From: an uncultured Trueperaceae bacterium
GTDB lineage: Bacteria; Deinococcota; Deinococci; Deinococcales; Trueperaceae
NCBI GenBank assembly: GCA_963727505.1
Contig: CAVSGP010000004.1
Location: forward strand, 160,001 to 224,000
Reading direction: 5' to 3'
DNA: 64,000 nt
The first letter of the stretch is position 1; the number at the start of each line of letters is the position of its first letter. The position numbers and the translations under genes were made by a program. Shown one piece after another: positions 20,778-31,339 of this stretch. The notes beneath the pieces were generated by a model. The model did not search any database. It saw nothing but the letters and a program-made list of their open reading frames with translations, and was not told the origin of the DNA.

Positions 20778-22252
20778 ACGCTCGTCACCTCCACTTCGTG
20801 GGCGTCGGCGGCGTCAGCATGCACGCGTTGGCGCTGTGGTTCGCGCGCGAGGGCTACCGCGTGAGCGGCTGCGACGCGCTGGGCGGCCCGGTGCTGGAGA
20901 TGCTGAGTGCGCGCGGAATCGAAGTGAGCGAGGGTCACGACACGGGGCAAGACGGCGCTCACCACGGGGGTCATGCCGACGACGCCGACGTCGTCGTGCA
21001 CAGCATGGCCATTCCCTTCGATCATCCCGAGCTGGTCGCCGCACGGAAGCGCGGCGCCCGCGTGATGAAGCGCATCGAGCTGCTGGCCGAGCTCTTCGCC
21101 GCCCGGCACACCATCGCCATCACCGGCACGCACGGCAAGAGCACCACCACCGGCATGGCGGCCACCGTCCTGCTGGGGCTGGGCGTCGACCCCTCGGTGC
21201 AGATCGGCGCCCGCCTGCCCGCCATCGACGGCAATGTCCGCTACGGCGAGGGCCCCGACCTGGTGGCCGAGGTCGACGAGTCGGACCCCGGCTTCGCCGA
21301 GCTCGCCGCCGCGGTCGCGGTGATGACGAATCTGGAGGACGACCATATCGCCGGTCCCTACGACGAGCGGCGCAACTACCATGCCAGCCTGGAGGATCTA
21401 CAGGCGGCCGCGCAGCGCTTCGCCGGCAACGGACGCACGCTGCTGTACTGCGGGGACTGGAGGGGGCTGGACGGGCTCTTCGCCGACCACCCGTGCGCGC
21501 TCACGTACGGCGAGGCCGCAGGCGCGGACTACCGCATCGACGGGCTCGAGCTGTCGGCCGAAGGCAGCCACTTCCACCTCACCCGCCCGGGAAGGCCGAC
21601 GCTCGAGGTGACCCTGACCGTGCCCGGACGCCATAACGCCCTCAACGGCGCGGCGGCCCTGGCGGCGGTCGAGCTGGCGGGCTACGACACCGCCGGCGGG
21701 CTGGCCGCACTCGCCGCCTACGGCGGCGTCGGGCGGCGCTGGGAACGCTGGGGTGAGCGCGGAGGCGCACTGATCGTCGACGACTACGCCCACCACCCCA
21801 CGGAGGTCGCCGCCACCCTGCGGACCGCCCGGGACACGGGCCGCCGCGTGCGCGCCGTGTTGCAGCCGCACCGCTGGGTGCGTACAGCGCGGCACTGGCG
21901 GGCCCTGGCCGACGCCGCGGCGCTCGCCGACGAGGTGATCGTCCTCGACATCTACGGCGCCGGCGAGACCCCCATCCCCGGTGTGTCGGTGGAGCCCATC
22001 GTGGCGCGCCTGCGCGAGCAGGGCGTGACGGCCTCGCATCACGACCTGGCCTCGGCCGAAGCCTACCTGGCCGACACGCTGGCGGCGGGGGACCTGATCG
22101 TCACGCTGGGTGCGGGCGACGTGTGGCACGTGGCCCGCACCCTCGCCTCGGGCCACGGCACAGCGAAACGCAACGCACCGAGCGATGCCGGGAACGACGG
22201 CAGCAGCGACGCCGGTCTCGACGATGACGGGGTGCCACGTGCCGCACGCTAG
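20774..22252 (+). CDS. murC: UDP-MurNAc--L-Ala ligase
   Basis: HFVGVGG, GTHGKSTTT, EVDESD, DDYAHHPTE, QPHR, LGAGD. Confidence 0.96.
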   Translation: MNARHLHFVGVGGVSMHALALWFAREGYRVSGCDALGGPVLEMLSARGIEVSEGHDTGQDGAHHGGHADDADVVVHSMAIPFDHPELVAARKRGARVMKRIELLAELFAARHTIAITGTHGKSTTTGMAATVLLGLGVDPSVQIGARLPAIDGNVRYGEGPDLVAEVDESDPGFAELAAAVAVMTNLEDDHIAGPYDERRNYHASLEDLQAAAQRFAGNGRTLLYCGDWRGLDGLFADHPCALTYGEAAGADYRIDGLELSAEGSHFHLTRPGRPTLEVTLTVPGRHNALNGAAALAAVELAGYDTAGGLAALAAYGGVGRRWERWGERGGALIVDDYAHHPTEVAATLRTARDTGRRVRAVLQPHRWVRTARHWRALADAAALADEVIVLDIYGAGETPIPGVSVEPIVARLREQGVTASHHDLASAEAYLADTLAAGDLIVTLGAGDVWHVARTLASGHGTAKRNAPSDAGNDGSSDAGLDDDGVPRAAR

Positions 22253-23069
22253 CGTCCGGACCGTCGAGCTGCGCGACCTCACGACCCTCAAGGTCGGCGG
22301 TCCCGCCGAGCTGTGGGAAGTCGACGACGCCGAGGGGCTGGCAGAGGCCACCCGCGAGCCCTACCGGGTGCTGGGTGCCGGCTCCAACCTGCTCGTCTCC
22401 GACGCCGGCGTCCCCGACCGGGTGATCCGGCTGGGCCGCGCCTTCAACGACCTGCGCAGCATCGACGGTTCGCCCGAGCTGTGGCTGGGAGCGGCCACGC
22501 CGCTCCCGGGCCTGGTGCGGCGTGCGCAGAAGCTCGGCCTCTCCGGCCTGGAGGGCCTGCTCGGCGTGCCGGCGGTGCTCGGCGGAGCGGTGGCGATGAA
22601 CGCAGGCACGCGCTTCGGGGAGCTCGGCGACACCCTGCAGGAGGTCGAGCTGTTCGTGAACGGTGCGCTCGAGCGCGTGCCTGCGAGCGCGTTGAATCTC
22701 GCCTACCGCCACACCGAGTTGCCCGACGGCGCCGTCGTGACGCGCGCCCGCCTGCGCCTCACGCCCTCGGAACCCGAGGCGGTGCAGGCACGCATGGCCG
22801 AGGTGGACGCCGCGCGCAAGGGGCAGCCCAAGATCAAGTCGGCCGGCTGCGCGTTCAAGAACCCTTCCGGCGACAGCGCGGGGCGGGTCATCGACGCCGC
22901 CGGCCTCAAGGGCCTGCGCGTGGGTGACGCCATGGTGTCCCTCGAGCACGGCAACTTCATCGTCAACCTGGGCAACGCCAGCGCCCGCGACGTGTGCGAG
23001 CTGCTCGAGCAGATCCGGCAGCGCACCCCGGTGCCGCTGGAGCTGGAGTGGCGACGGTGGGGGTTCTGA
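22239..23069 (+). CDS. murB: UDP-N-acetylenolpyruvoylglucosamine reductase
   Basis: TTLKVGGPA, GAGSNLL, MNAG, SAGCAFKNP, HGNFIVN. Start approximate. Confidence 0.94.
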   Translation: MPHASVRTVELRDLTTLKVGGPAELWEVDDAEGLAEATREPYRVLGAGSNLLVSDAGVPDRVIRLGRAFNDLRSIDGSPELWLGAATPLPGLVRRAQKLGLSGLEGLLGVPAVLGGAVAMNAGTRFGELGDTLQEVELFVNGALERVPASALNLAYRHTELPDGAVVTRARLRLTPSEPEAVQARMAEVDAARKGQPKIKSAGCAFKNPSGDSAGRVIDAAGLKGLRVGDAMVSLEHGNFIVNLGNASARDVCELLEQIRQRTPVPLELEWRRWGF

Positions 23070-23084
23070 GGTGGGAGGACCGGT

Positions 23085-23684
23085 ATGCGCGCACTGCTGA
23101 TCGCGCTGCTCGTGCTCGCAGCGGCCGCCCTGGTCACGAGCCGCTTCGTGCCCAGCATCGCTCGCGTCGAGGTGAGCGGCACCGAGCACCTGACGCGCGC
23201 CCAGGTGCTCCAACTCGCCGACGTGGCGCCCGGCGACCCCTTCCTGTGGGTGACCAGCTTCCGCCTGAGGCATCTGACGCACGCCGCCTGGGTGCGCAAG
23301 GCGCGCGTCATCCGGCACTGGCCCGACACCATCTCCATCATGGTGTGGGAGCGGCAGCCGGCCCTCACCGACGGCACCACCACCTGGGCCACCGACGGCA
23401 CGGCTCTCCCGGGCGTGCCGGCCGACGTGCGGGCCGCGCTACCCCGGCTCGAGGGCTGGGGACCGAAGCGTCTGGACGAAGCCATGACCCTCCTGCGCCT
23501 CCTGCATCCCTACGGGCCCAAGGTGATAAGCTACACGCCAGAAGGATTCGAGATTCAATTGACGGGGACGTCTCTTTTCACACCGAGTGCGGAGGCCTTG
23601 GAGAAGCAGTGGGCCGCCTTCGAGAGCCACCGCGGGGGGCGCGTCGCGGTGTACCCCTGGGGAGTGAGCAAGGCACATGAGTGA
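23085..23684 (+). CDS. ftsQ: FtsQ/DivIB-type POTRA-domain protein
   Basis: TM helix plus POTRA signature (VEVSG..HL...V, WV..ARV.RHWPDTISI.V.ER); precedes ftsA. Confidence 0.85.
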   Translation: MRALLIALLVLAAAALVTSRFVPSIARVEVSGTEHLTRAQVLQLADVAPGDPFLWVTSFRLRHLTHAAWVRKARVIRHWPDTISIMVWERQPALTDGTTTWATDGTALPGVPADVRAALPRLEGWGPKRLDEAMTLLRLLHPYGPKVISYTPEGFEIQLTGTSLFTPSAEALEKQWAAFESHRGGRVAVYPWGVSKAHE

Positions 23685-24915
23685 CGAACGGATCATCGTC
23701 GGGCTGGACATCGGAACCACCAAGATCTGTACTGTGATCGGCGAGGTGGCCTCCGATGGCGTGCTCGACATCATCGGCGAGGGGACCGTGCCGAGCGACG
23801 GCCTGCGCAAGGGCGTGGTCGTGAACCTCGAGCGCACCATCGCCTCCGTCCGTCAGTCGGTGGCCGCCGCGCAGCGCGTGGCGGGCGTGCCCGTCACCTC
23901 GGCGTGGGTCGGCGTCGCCGGCAGCCACCTCAAGGCCCTCACCAGCCACGGCATGGCCGCGATCCGACGGGGGCAGCAGGTGACGCGCGCCGACATCGAG
24001 CGCACCATCGAGAACGCCCGGGCCGTTCCGCTCGAGGCCAACATGGAGATGATCCATGTCATCCCGCAGGAGTACGTGGTCGACGGCAACGACGGCATCA
24101 AGGATCCGGTCGGCATGTCGGGGGTGCGCCTCGAGGTCGACGTCCATATCGTCGCCGGCGCGCAGGGACCGCTGCAGAACCTGAAGCGCTGCGCGGGCGA
24201 TGCCGGGGTGGGCGTGGACGGTCTGGTCGTGCAGGCGCTGGCCTCCGGCCTGGCCGTGCTCAACGACAGCGAGCAGGAGCTCACCACCCTGTTGATCGAC
24301 GTCGGCGGCGGCACCACCGACGTCGGCGTGTTCCGGCGCGGCACCCTCGCCCACTCCGCGGTGATCCCGCTCGGCGGCGACCACATCACGCAGGACATCA
24401 GCCAGCTGCTGCGTATCCCACCGGACGAGGCCGAGCGTGTCAAGCGCCGCTACGGCGTGGCGCTGCCCGAGCTCGCCGATCGCGACGTCGAGCTGGAGGT
24501 CGCCAACCCGAGCTACACCGCCAGCATCTCGACGTTCGAGCTGGCGCAGGTCATCAAACCTCGCGTGATCGAGATCCTCGACCTCGTGAAGCGCAACATC
24601 GAGCAGCGCATGGGCGCGCTGGAGCTCCTAGCCGGCAATGTGGTGGTGACGGGAGGCGCCTCCCTGATGCCGGGGATCGAGCAGGTGGCGACCGATCGGT
24701 TCCGCCTGCCGGTGCGGATCGGCAAGCCGGAGGGGGTCTCTGGCCTGGCGGACGTCGTGGCCAGCCCGGCCCATGCCACTGCAGTCGGTCTGGTGCGCTT
24801 CGGGATGACGCAGCTAGGGACCCAACCCGCCAGTCCGCAGCGACACGCCAATGAGGACGATCGTGTGGGAGGCTTCTTTTCGAGCATCCGGAATATCCTG
24901 AAGGACTTCTTCTGA
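23677..24915 (+). CDS. ftsA: Cell division protein FtsA
   Basis: GLDIGTTKI, GLRKGVVVN, DVGGGTTD, VTGGAS. Confidence 0.97.
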   Translation: MSDERIIVGLDIGTTKICTVIGEVASDGVLDIIGEGTVPSDGLRKGVVVNLERTIASVRQSVAAAQRVAGVPVTSAWVGVAGSHLKALTSHGMAAIRRGQQVTRADIERTIENARAVPLEANMEMIHVIPQEYVVDGNDGIKDPVGMSGVRLEVDVHIVAGAQGPLQNLKRCAGDAGVGVDGLVVQALASGLAVLNDSEQELTTLLIDVGGGTTDVGVFRRGTLAHSAVIPLGGDHITQDISQLLRIPPDEAERVKRRYGVALPELADRDVELEVANPSYTASISTFELAQVIKPRVIEILDLVKRNIEQRMGALELLAGNVVVTGGASLMPGIEQVATDRFRLPVRIGKPEGVSGLADVVASPAHATAVGLVRFGMTQLGTQPASPQRHANEDDRVGGFFSSIRNILKDFF

Positions 24916-24942
24916 GCCGGTGGGGAGCGTGAGGACGTGAGT

Positions 24943-26007
24943 ATGAGCCATAGCGAGAACGCGGTCATTCGGGTCATCGGTCTGGGTGGGGGCGGCAACA
25001 ACGCCGTCAACCGCATGATCGAGACAGGCCTCAAGGGCGTCGAGTTCGTCGCCGCCAACACCGATGCGCAGGTGCTCGCCACCAGCCTGGCCGACACCCG
25101 CATCCAGATGGGCGACCACATCACCAAGGGTCTCGGCGCCGGGGCCAACCCGGAGATCGGCGAGCAGTCGGCCCTCGAGGACCGCGATCGCATCGCCGAG
25201 ACGCTCCGCGGCTGCGACCTCGTCTTCATCACCGCCGGTATGGGTGGCGGCACCGGCACCGGCAGCGCGCCCGTCGTGGCCGAAGTGGCCCGCGAGCTCG
25301 GGGCCCTAACGGTGGCCGTCGTCACCACACCCTTCATGTTCGAAGGGCCCAAGCGCATGCGGCAGGCCGACGAGGGCCTGCGCAAGCTCGAGGACAAGGT
25401 GGACGCGCTGATCGTGGTGGAGAACCAGCGTCTTCTGTCGGCCCTCGACCGCAAGGTCAAACTCACCGATGCCTTCCGCGTTGCCGATCGGGTGCTATAC
25501 CACGGCGTGCGCGGCATCAGCGACGTCATCAACATGCCCGGCCTGATCAACGTCGACTTCGCCGACGTCAAGACGCTGCTCCAGGGCGCGGGCACGGTGC
25601 TCATGGGCATCGGCGCCGGCCGCGGGGAGAAGCTGGCCGATGAGGCCTCGAACAGCGCCACCCACAGCCCGCTTCTGGCACGCGGCGTCGAGGGCGCACG
25701 GCACCTGCTCATCAACATCACCGGCTCCGAGGACCTGACGCTGTTCGACGCCCACGAGATCGTCGAGAAGATCAGCGAGGCAACCGAGGTCGAGGACGTC
25801 AACGTGCTCTTCGGCGTCACCTACGACGAGGACGCTGCCGACGAGGTGCGTGTCACCGTGATCGCGGCCGGGTTCGACCAGTCGCCGCAGGTGAAGGTGC
25901 TCCGCCCGACGCACCTGCGCGCCGCGGCCGGGGGCCGGAGCTACGACCCGAGCAACTACGACATCCCCGCCTTCCTGCGCTACAACCCGGACAGCCCGGA
26001 GAACTGA
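24943..26007 (+). CDS. ftsZ: Cell division protein FtsZ
   Basis: GLGGGGNNAV, GGGTGTG signature, NVDFAD, C-terminal DIPAFLR. Confidence 0.98.
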   Translation: MSHSENAVIRVIGLGGGGNNAVNRMIETGLKGVEFVAANTDAQVLATSLADTRIQMGDHITKGLGAGANPEIGEQSALEDRDRIAETLRGCDLVFITAGMGGGTGTGSAPVVAEVARELGALTVAVVTTPFMFEGPKRMRQADEGLRKLEDKVDALIVVENQRLLSALDRKVKLTDAFRVADRVLYHGVRGISDVINMPGLINVDFADVKTLLQGAGTVLMGIGAGRGEKLADEASNSATHSPLLARGVEGARHLLINITGSEDLTLFDAHEIVEKISEATEVEDVNVLFGVTYDEDAADEVRVTVIAAGFDQSPQVKVLRPTHLRAAAGGRSYDPSNYDIPAFLRYNPDSPEN

Positions 26008-26073
26008 GCTCACGCCCCACCGCGGTCCCCGGCGCGCGTTCGCGCCGGGGACCGTTCTGGTACGCTGACGGTC

Positions 26074-26565
26074 GTGCGCAACGAGGTCTTTCGCGGCAAG
26101 ATCATCACGGTTGCCGTACTCGACGAGCGTTGGGAGGTTGTCGAGCACCCGGACGCGGTGGCGGTGCTGGTGCAACGTGGGCCCAGTGTGCTGGGCGTGG
26201 TGCAGCGGCGCCCGGCCGTCGGCGCGGTCACCTGGGAGCTGCCGGCCGGCCTGATCGACCCCGGCGAGAGTCCCGAGCAGGCGGCCCGCCGCGAGCTCGC
26301 CGAGGAGACGCAGCTCGGTGGGCGCCTGACCCTCCTCACCCGCCTGTACGCCTCCCCGGGGTTCAGCGACGAGTGCATCCACCTGTTCGAAGCCCACGAC
26401 GTCCACAGCGTCCATGGCACCCCGGACGAAGGCGAGGAGCTGCGCGTCGAGTGGCGCGACGCCCTCGAGCTCTGGAACGCCGTGCGGGACGGGGAGCTCT
26501 CCACCAGCGGCGTGACACTGTTGGGCCTGCGCCACGCGCTGGCACGCCTCGGGGTCGAACCTTGA
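26074..26565 (+). CDS. NUDIX hydrolase (ADP-ribose pyrophosphatase-like)
   Basis: ELPAGLIDPGESPEQAARRELAEET Nudix box; SPGFSDE. Confidence 0.92.
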   Translation: MRNEVFRGKIITVAVLDERWEVVEHPDAVAVLVQRGPSVLGVVQRRPAVGAVTWELPAGLIDPGESPEQAARRELAEETQLGGRLTLLTRLYASPGFSDECIHLFEAHDVHSVHGTPDEGEELRVEWRDALELWNAVRDGELSTSGVTLLGLRHALARLGVEP

Positions 26566-27461
26566 AGGTGGTGGCGAGCCCGGACGACGCCGCGATCAAG
26601 GGCGCCATCGTCTCCATCGGGAATTTCGACGGGGTCCACCTCGGGCACCGCATGCTGCTGGGCCGCATGCGGGAGTTCGCCGACGCCAGCGGCCGCCCGG
26701 CGATGGTGCTCACCTTCTTCCCCCCGGCCAAGGTGTTGTTCGGGCATGCCACCTTCCTCAACAGCGCCGAGGAGAAGCTCGACCTGTTGCGGGCGTTCGA
26801 GCCCGACGTGGTGGCGATGATCCCCTTCTCGCGCGCCTACGCGCGTACCGATAAGGCACGCTTCGCCGACCAGCTCCGAAGGCTGGCGCCGCACGCCATC
26901 ATCGTGGGGGAGGACTTCCGGTTCGGCCACGACCGGGCCGGTGGACTGAACGATCTGTCCCCCATCCCCGACCGGCTCGAGGCCTTCGGCTTGAAGACCC
27001 TCGAGGGCGAGGTCGTGAAGTCGTCCCACATCCGCGATCACCTGTCCGCGGGGCGCATCGACCGGGCCAACGCCCTGCTCGGTGCTCCCTACCCGGCGCG
27101 CGGCGGCGTGATCCGCGGCGACGCGCGCGGCGCGACCATCGGCTTCCCCACCGCCAACGTACATACCGACGAACGCAAGGCCCTGCCGGTAGGGGTCTAC
27201 GCCGTGCGCGTGCAGGTTCCCCAGGGCACCTTCGATGGCATGGCCAACGTCGGGCCACGCCCGAGCTTCCCCGACGAGGCGCCCTCCCTCGAGGTCCACC
27301 TCTTCGATTTCGACGACGACCTCTACGGCAGCGAGATCACCACCCACTTCCACGCCTTCCTGCGAGGGCAACGCCGTTTCGAGGGCCTGGAGGACCTGAA
27401 GGCGCAGCTGGCACGCGACGCGGAGACCGCCCGCCGGGCGCTCCGGCCGCCGGCCCCCTGA
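26562..27461 (+). CDS. ribF: Bifunctional riboflavin kinase/FAD synthetase
   Basis: IGNFDGVHLGH, GEDFRFG, GFPTAN, GVYA, NVGPRP, EVH. TTG start overlaps the NUDIX stop. Confidence 0.95.
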   Translation: MKVVASPDDAAIKGAIVSIGNFDGVHLGHRMLLGRMREFADASGRPAMVLTFFPPAKVLFGHATFLNSAEEKLDLLRAFEPDVVAMIPFSRAYARTDKARFADQLRRLAPHAIIVGEDFRFGHDRAGGLNDLSPIPDRLEAFGLKTLEGEVVKSSHIRDHLSAGRIDRANALLGAPYPARGGVIRGDARGATIGFPTANVHTDERKALPVGVYAVRVQVPQGTFDGMANVGPRPSFPDEAPSLEVHLFDFDDDLYGSEITTHFHAFLRGQRRFEGLEDLKAQLARDAETARRALRPPAP

Positions 27462-27477
27462 GCCGTATACTCTGCTC

Positions 27478-28218
27478 ATGCTCATCTACGGGCGAAGAGC
27501 CGTGCTGGAAGCACTCCGCGGGGGCACCGTGGAGCGAGTGCTGGTCGCGCGCGGCGTCAAACAGCAGACCCTCGCCGAGTTGCGCGCCGCCTCCGGGCGC
27601 GCTGGCGTGATACTCGACGAGGTACCCCGCATCGACCTCGACCGCGCGCTCAAGACCACCTCTCACCAGGGCGTGGCGGCGGAGTTGCCGGAACCTCGCA
27701 AGGGCACCCTCGACGACGTCTTCGCGCTGGCCGCGGACCGCAAGGAGCGCCTGCTGGTGATCCTGCTGGACCACCTCACCGACCCCCACAATGTGGGTGC
27801 CATCATCCGCAGCGCCGAGGTGCTCGGCGCACACGGCGTAGTGATGGAGGCCCGGCGCAGCGCGCCGCTCTCCCCCGTCGTGGTGAAGACGGCGGCCGGT
27901 GCGACCAGCCACCTGCCGCTGGTGACCGTGCCCAACCTGCCCCAGGCGATCGCCGACCTCAAGAAGCGCAACGTCTGGGTGTACGGAACCGACGCCGACG
28001 GAGCCCAGCTCCCGCACCAGGTGGACTGGAACCGCGACGCGGCGCTGGTGATCGGCTCCGAAGGGGACGGCCTGCGGCGCCTGGTGCGCGAACGCTGCGA
28101 CGACACCGTGCGCATCCCCGTTCGCGGCAGGATCGGGTCCCTCAACGCCTCGGTCGCGGCTGGGATCCTCGTCTACAGCGTCATCCAGGCGCGCGCCTCA
28201 GCGCCGCCGCAGCGATAG
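27478..28218 (+). CDS. rlmB: 23S rRNA Gm2251 2'-O-methyltransferase (TrmH/SpoU family)
   Basis: HQGV, DPHNVGAIIRSA, GSEGDG, SLNASVA. Confidence 0.92.
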   Translation: MLIYGRRAVLEALRGGTVERVLVARGVKQQTLAELRAASGRAGVILDEVPRIDLDRALKTTSHQGVAAELPEPRKGTLDDVFALAADRKERLLVILLDHLTDPHNVGAIIRSAEVLGAHGVVMEARRSAPLSPVVVKTAAGATSHLPLVTVPNLPQAIADLKKRNVWVYGTDADGAQLPHQVDWNRDAALVIGSEGDGLRRLVRERCDDTVRIPVRGRIGSLNASVAAGILVYSVIQARASAPPQR

Positions 28219-28228
28219 GAGGCACGTC

Positions 28229-30178
28229 GTGCCACGTCGACTCGTCCCCCAGGACCTGCTCCGTCTCACCTTCGTGTCCGACCCACAGCTCTCCCACGAC
28301 GGGAGACTAGGCGCCGCCGTCACCACCCGCATCGTCGCCGGAGAAGGTGACGCGCCGCCGCGCTACCGGCCGCGCGTGGCGCTGATCGACCTGGACGGCG
28401 GCGGGGAGCGCCCGTTCACCACCGGTGCCTACGCGGACACCTCACCCCGCTTCGCCCCAGGCAAGGACCGCCTGGCCTTCCTGCGCAAGGCGAGCGAGAA
28501 GGGCAGGTCGCAGCTGGCTCTCGTGCCGCTCGACGGCGGCGAGGCCGAGGTCGTGACGGATTTCGAGGCCGGCGTCGCGGAGCTGTGCTGGCATCCCGAC
28601 GGCCGGCGCATCGCCCTTGCCACCCGCGGGAACTGGAAGGATGAGGCGGCCGAGCGCGGCCTGCCACGGCGCATCACGCGCCTCCACTACAAGGCCGACG
28701 GACAGGGCTTCCGACCCCAAGCTACTGCGCAGGTCCACCTCTACAGCCTGCGCAGTGGGCGCGCCCGCAAGCTCACCGACCTGCCGGTCGGCGCTGCGGG
28801 CCTGAGCTTCTCCCCCGACGGCGGCACCCTCTACTTCGTGAGCGCGACCGACGAGGACCAGGAGGACGTCTGGCGCGGCGGCATCTACGCGCTCGACCTG
28901 ACGAGCCGCGAGGTGCGCCCCGTGATCGCCGACCTGCTCAGCCCGGGCGCGCCCGTCCCCTCCCCCGACGGACGCCACCTGGCCTTCCTGGCGCCCTCGC
29001 TGCCCGAGGACTTCGCCAGCCCCATCGGGTTGTGGACGGTGTCCGCCGACGGAGGGCGGCCGCAACTGCTGACAGGCGGGCTCGACGCCGCAGCCTCCGT
29101 CAGCGGCGACTGCCGATACGGGACCTACCCTCAGGCGCCCGTCTGGGACGACGACACCAGTTTGATCTTCAACCTCAACCGGGAGGGCGCCAGCGGGCTC
29201 GCGCGCGTGGCGCTGGAGGGCGGTATCACCCCGCTGATGGACGGGCAACGCGCCGTGACCGCCTTCGCATACGGCGGCGGCCGGGCGCTGGTCACGGCCG
29301 AGACGCCCACCACGCCCGGCGAGCTCCTGCTGCGCGAGCCCGGCAGCCAGGAACGGCGCGTCAGCGGCTACAACGACGCATGGCTCGGCGAAGTGCGGCT
29401 CAAGCGGCCCTCCAACGCGGTGTCGTTCACCGCCGACGACGGCGTCGATCTGAGCTACTGGACGCTACCGCCCGTGCGCACCCGGCGGGACCGCGCGGCC
29501 GTGCTCGAGGTGCACGGCGGGCCGCACGCCAACTTCGGCTACGGCTTCACCTTCGAGTTCCACCTGCTCTCGGCCGAGGGCTACACCGTCGTCTACGGCA
29601 ATCCGCGCGGCGGGAGCTCGTTCGGCCCGGAGTTCTACCAGGCGGTCCTCGGAGACTATGGCGGTGGCGACGCCCGCGACGTGCTCGCCATCGCCGAGCA
29701 CGCCATGGAGCACCACCGCGATCCACGCGCGCCACTGCACCTCACCGGCGGCAGCTACGGCGGGTTCATGACCAACTGGCTGGTGACGCAGACCGACCGC
29801 TTCGCGAGTGCCGTCACCCAGCGCAGCATCTGCAACTGGCTGAGCTTCTACGGCGCCTCGGACATCGGCTACCGCTTCGCGGAGCGCGAGCAGGGCGGCC
29901 GGCCCTGGGAGGACACCGAACGTCTGTGGGACCAGAGCCCGCTCAAGCACGTCGCCAGCGTGACGACGCCGGTGCTGGTGATGCACTCCGAGCAGGACCA
30001 CCGCTGCCCCATGGAGCAGGCCGAGCAGTGGTTCACGGCTCTCAAGCGCCTGGGCCACGCCGAGGTGGAGTTCCTGCGCTTCCCCGACGAGGGACACGAG
30101 CTTTCGCGTTCCGGCAGACCCGACCGGCGCCTTGCCCGCCTCGACGCTCTTCTCGACTGGTTCGAGCGACACCCCTGA
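28229..30178 (+). CDS. S9-family (acylaminoacyl-peptidase-like) serine peptidase
   Basis: Beta-propeller with SPDG/HPDG repeats, VHGGPH, NPRG, GGSYGG, EQDHRC, EGHEL catalytic triad. Confidence 0.95.
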   Translation: MPRRLVPQDLLRLTFVSDPQLSHDGRLGAAVTTRIVAGEGDAPPRYRPRVALIDLDGGGERPFTTGAYADTSPRFAPGKDRLAFLRKASEKGRSQLALVPLDGGEAEVVTDFEAGVAELCWHPDGRRIALATRGNWKDEAAERGLPRRITRLHYKADGQGFRPQATAQVHLYSLRSGRARKLTDLPVGAAGLSFSPDGGTLYFVSATDEDQEDVWRGGIYALDLTSREVRPVIADLLSPGAPVPSPDGRHLAFLAPSLPEDFASPIGLWTVSADGGRPQLLTGGLDAAASVSGDCRYGTYPQAPVWDDDTSLIFNLNREGASGLARVALEGGITPLMDGQRAVTAFAYGGGRALVTAETPTTPGELLLREPGSQERRVSGYNDAWLGEVRLKRPSNAVSFTADDGVDLSYWTLPPVRTRRDRAAVLEVHGGPHANFGYGFTFEFHLLSAEGYTVVYGNPRGGSSFGPEFYQAVLGDYGGGDARDVLAIAEHAMEHHRDPRAPLHLTGGSYGGFMTNWLVTQTDRFASAVTQRSICNWLSFYGASDIGYRFAEREQGGRPWEDTERLWDQSPLKHVASVTTPVLVMHSEQDHRCPMEQAEQWFTALKRLGHAEVEFLRFPDEGHELSRSGRPDRRLARLDALLDWFERHP

Positions 30179-30200
30179 GACCGGCCACCCGCCACCGACC

Positions 30201-30632
30201 TCAGGCGTCGGGAGCGTCGCTGAGCAACGTCGCCACCACGCGGCGCGGGCCGCCGCGATCCCGGAACTCGCAAAGGTAGATCCCCTGCCAGGTGCCGAGC
30301 GCTGGGCGCCCGTCGGCCACCGGCAGCAGCACGCCCACCCCCATCAGGCTGGCCTTGATGTGCGCGGGCATGTCGTCGTCACCTTCCAGCCGGTGGCGGA
30401 AGTACGTGGCGCCGTCCGGCACGGCGCGCGAGAACCAGCGCTCGAAGTCGCCGCGGACCTCCGGCGAGGCATTCTCATTGAGCGTCAGCGCAGCGGAGGT
30501 GTGCTGCAGGAACAGGTGCAGCAGCCCGGCGCGCACGCCACGCAGGTCCACCGCCTCCAGGACCTCGCGCGTCACGAGGTGGACCCCCCGCGTGCGGGCG
30601 TCGAGCGTCAGGGACCATTGGCGCGTCGTCAT
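30201..30632 (-). CDS. yjbQ: YjbQ/UPF0047 family protein
   Basis: [30 protein letters not shown]. Confidence 0.93.
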   Translation of the reverse strand: MTTRQWSLTLDARTRGVHLVTREVLEAVDLRGVRAGLLHLFLQHTSAALTLNENASPEVRGDFERWFSRAVPDGATYFRHRLEGDDDMPAHIKASLMGVGVLLPVADGRPALGTWQGIYLCEFRDRGGPRRVVATLLSDAPDA

Positions 30633-30710
30633 GGTGCGAGCATACGGGCTGCCGACGCCGCGGTCACAGCGTGTCGCCGCCCCGTCGGCCAGGTAAACGA
30701 GGCCCTGGTA

Positions 30711-30719
30711 TGCTACACT
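30711..30719 (+). promoter_or_regulatory. Extended -10 promoter of rpsO-pnp
   Basis: TGcTACACT about 80 nt upstream of rpsO. Confidence 0.6.
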
Positions 30720-30799
30720 CCTACGTTGGTGTTCTGGCTCGGCATCGCCTCTATCACGCCGATCCGCGCTGGACCCACGCCTGGAAAGGGTTGGTATCT

Positions 30800-31069
30800 A
30801 TGACGATGGCACCTGCAACGAAACTCGAGGTCATCCGGAAGTACGGCCGCGACGAGAAGGACACCGGCTCCACCGCTGTGCAGGTGGCGCTGCTCACGGC
30901 CCGCATCGAGGAGCTGAGCCAGCATCTGCGCACCCACACCAAGGATCACCACAGCCGGCGCGGCCTGCTCAAGATGGTCGGTCAGCGCAAGCGCCTGCTC
31001 GGCTACTTGGAGCGCACTGATTACGACGGCTACAAAGAACTCATCGCGAGTCTCGGCCTGCGCCGCTGA
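30800..31069 (+). CDS. rpsO: 30S ribosomal protein S15
   Basis: [42 protein letters not shown]. Confidence 0.98.
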   Translation: MTMAPATKLEVIRKYGRDEKDTGSTAVQVALLTARIEELSQHLRTHTKDHHSRRGLLKMVGQRKRLLGYLERTDYDGYKELIASLGLRR

Positions 31070-31339
31070 GGGGCCGCAAGCGAAACGCGTGACGCCCGAC
31101 CGCCCCGTTCAAGCCGCAACGCACACCACGTCGAAGGACGCTTCCGGCGAGGCCACGTTTGCCTCGCCGGTCGGCTGTGAGCCCGAAGAACGCTCACGAC
31201 CGGTCGCCCGCCGTGCCCGGGACCCACACCCGACGCGGGCGCCCGGACCGACCCGGCTCGCGAGGGGGCACGACACGACCGCGAGGACCAGGACGGCAAC
31301 GGCCACAGCCGTGACGAACCGGACCGTGAAGGAGAGACT

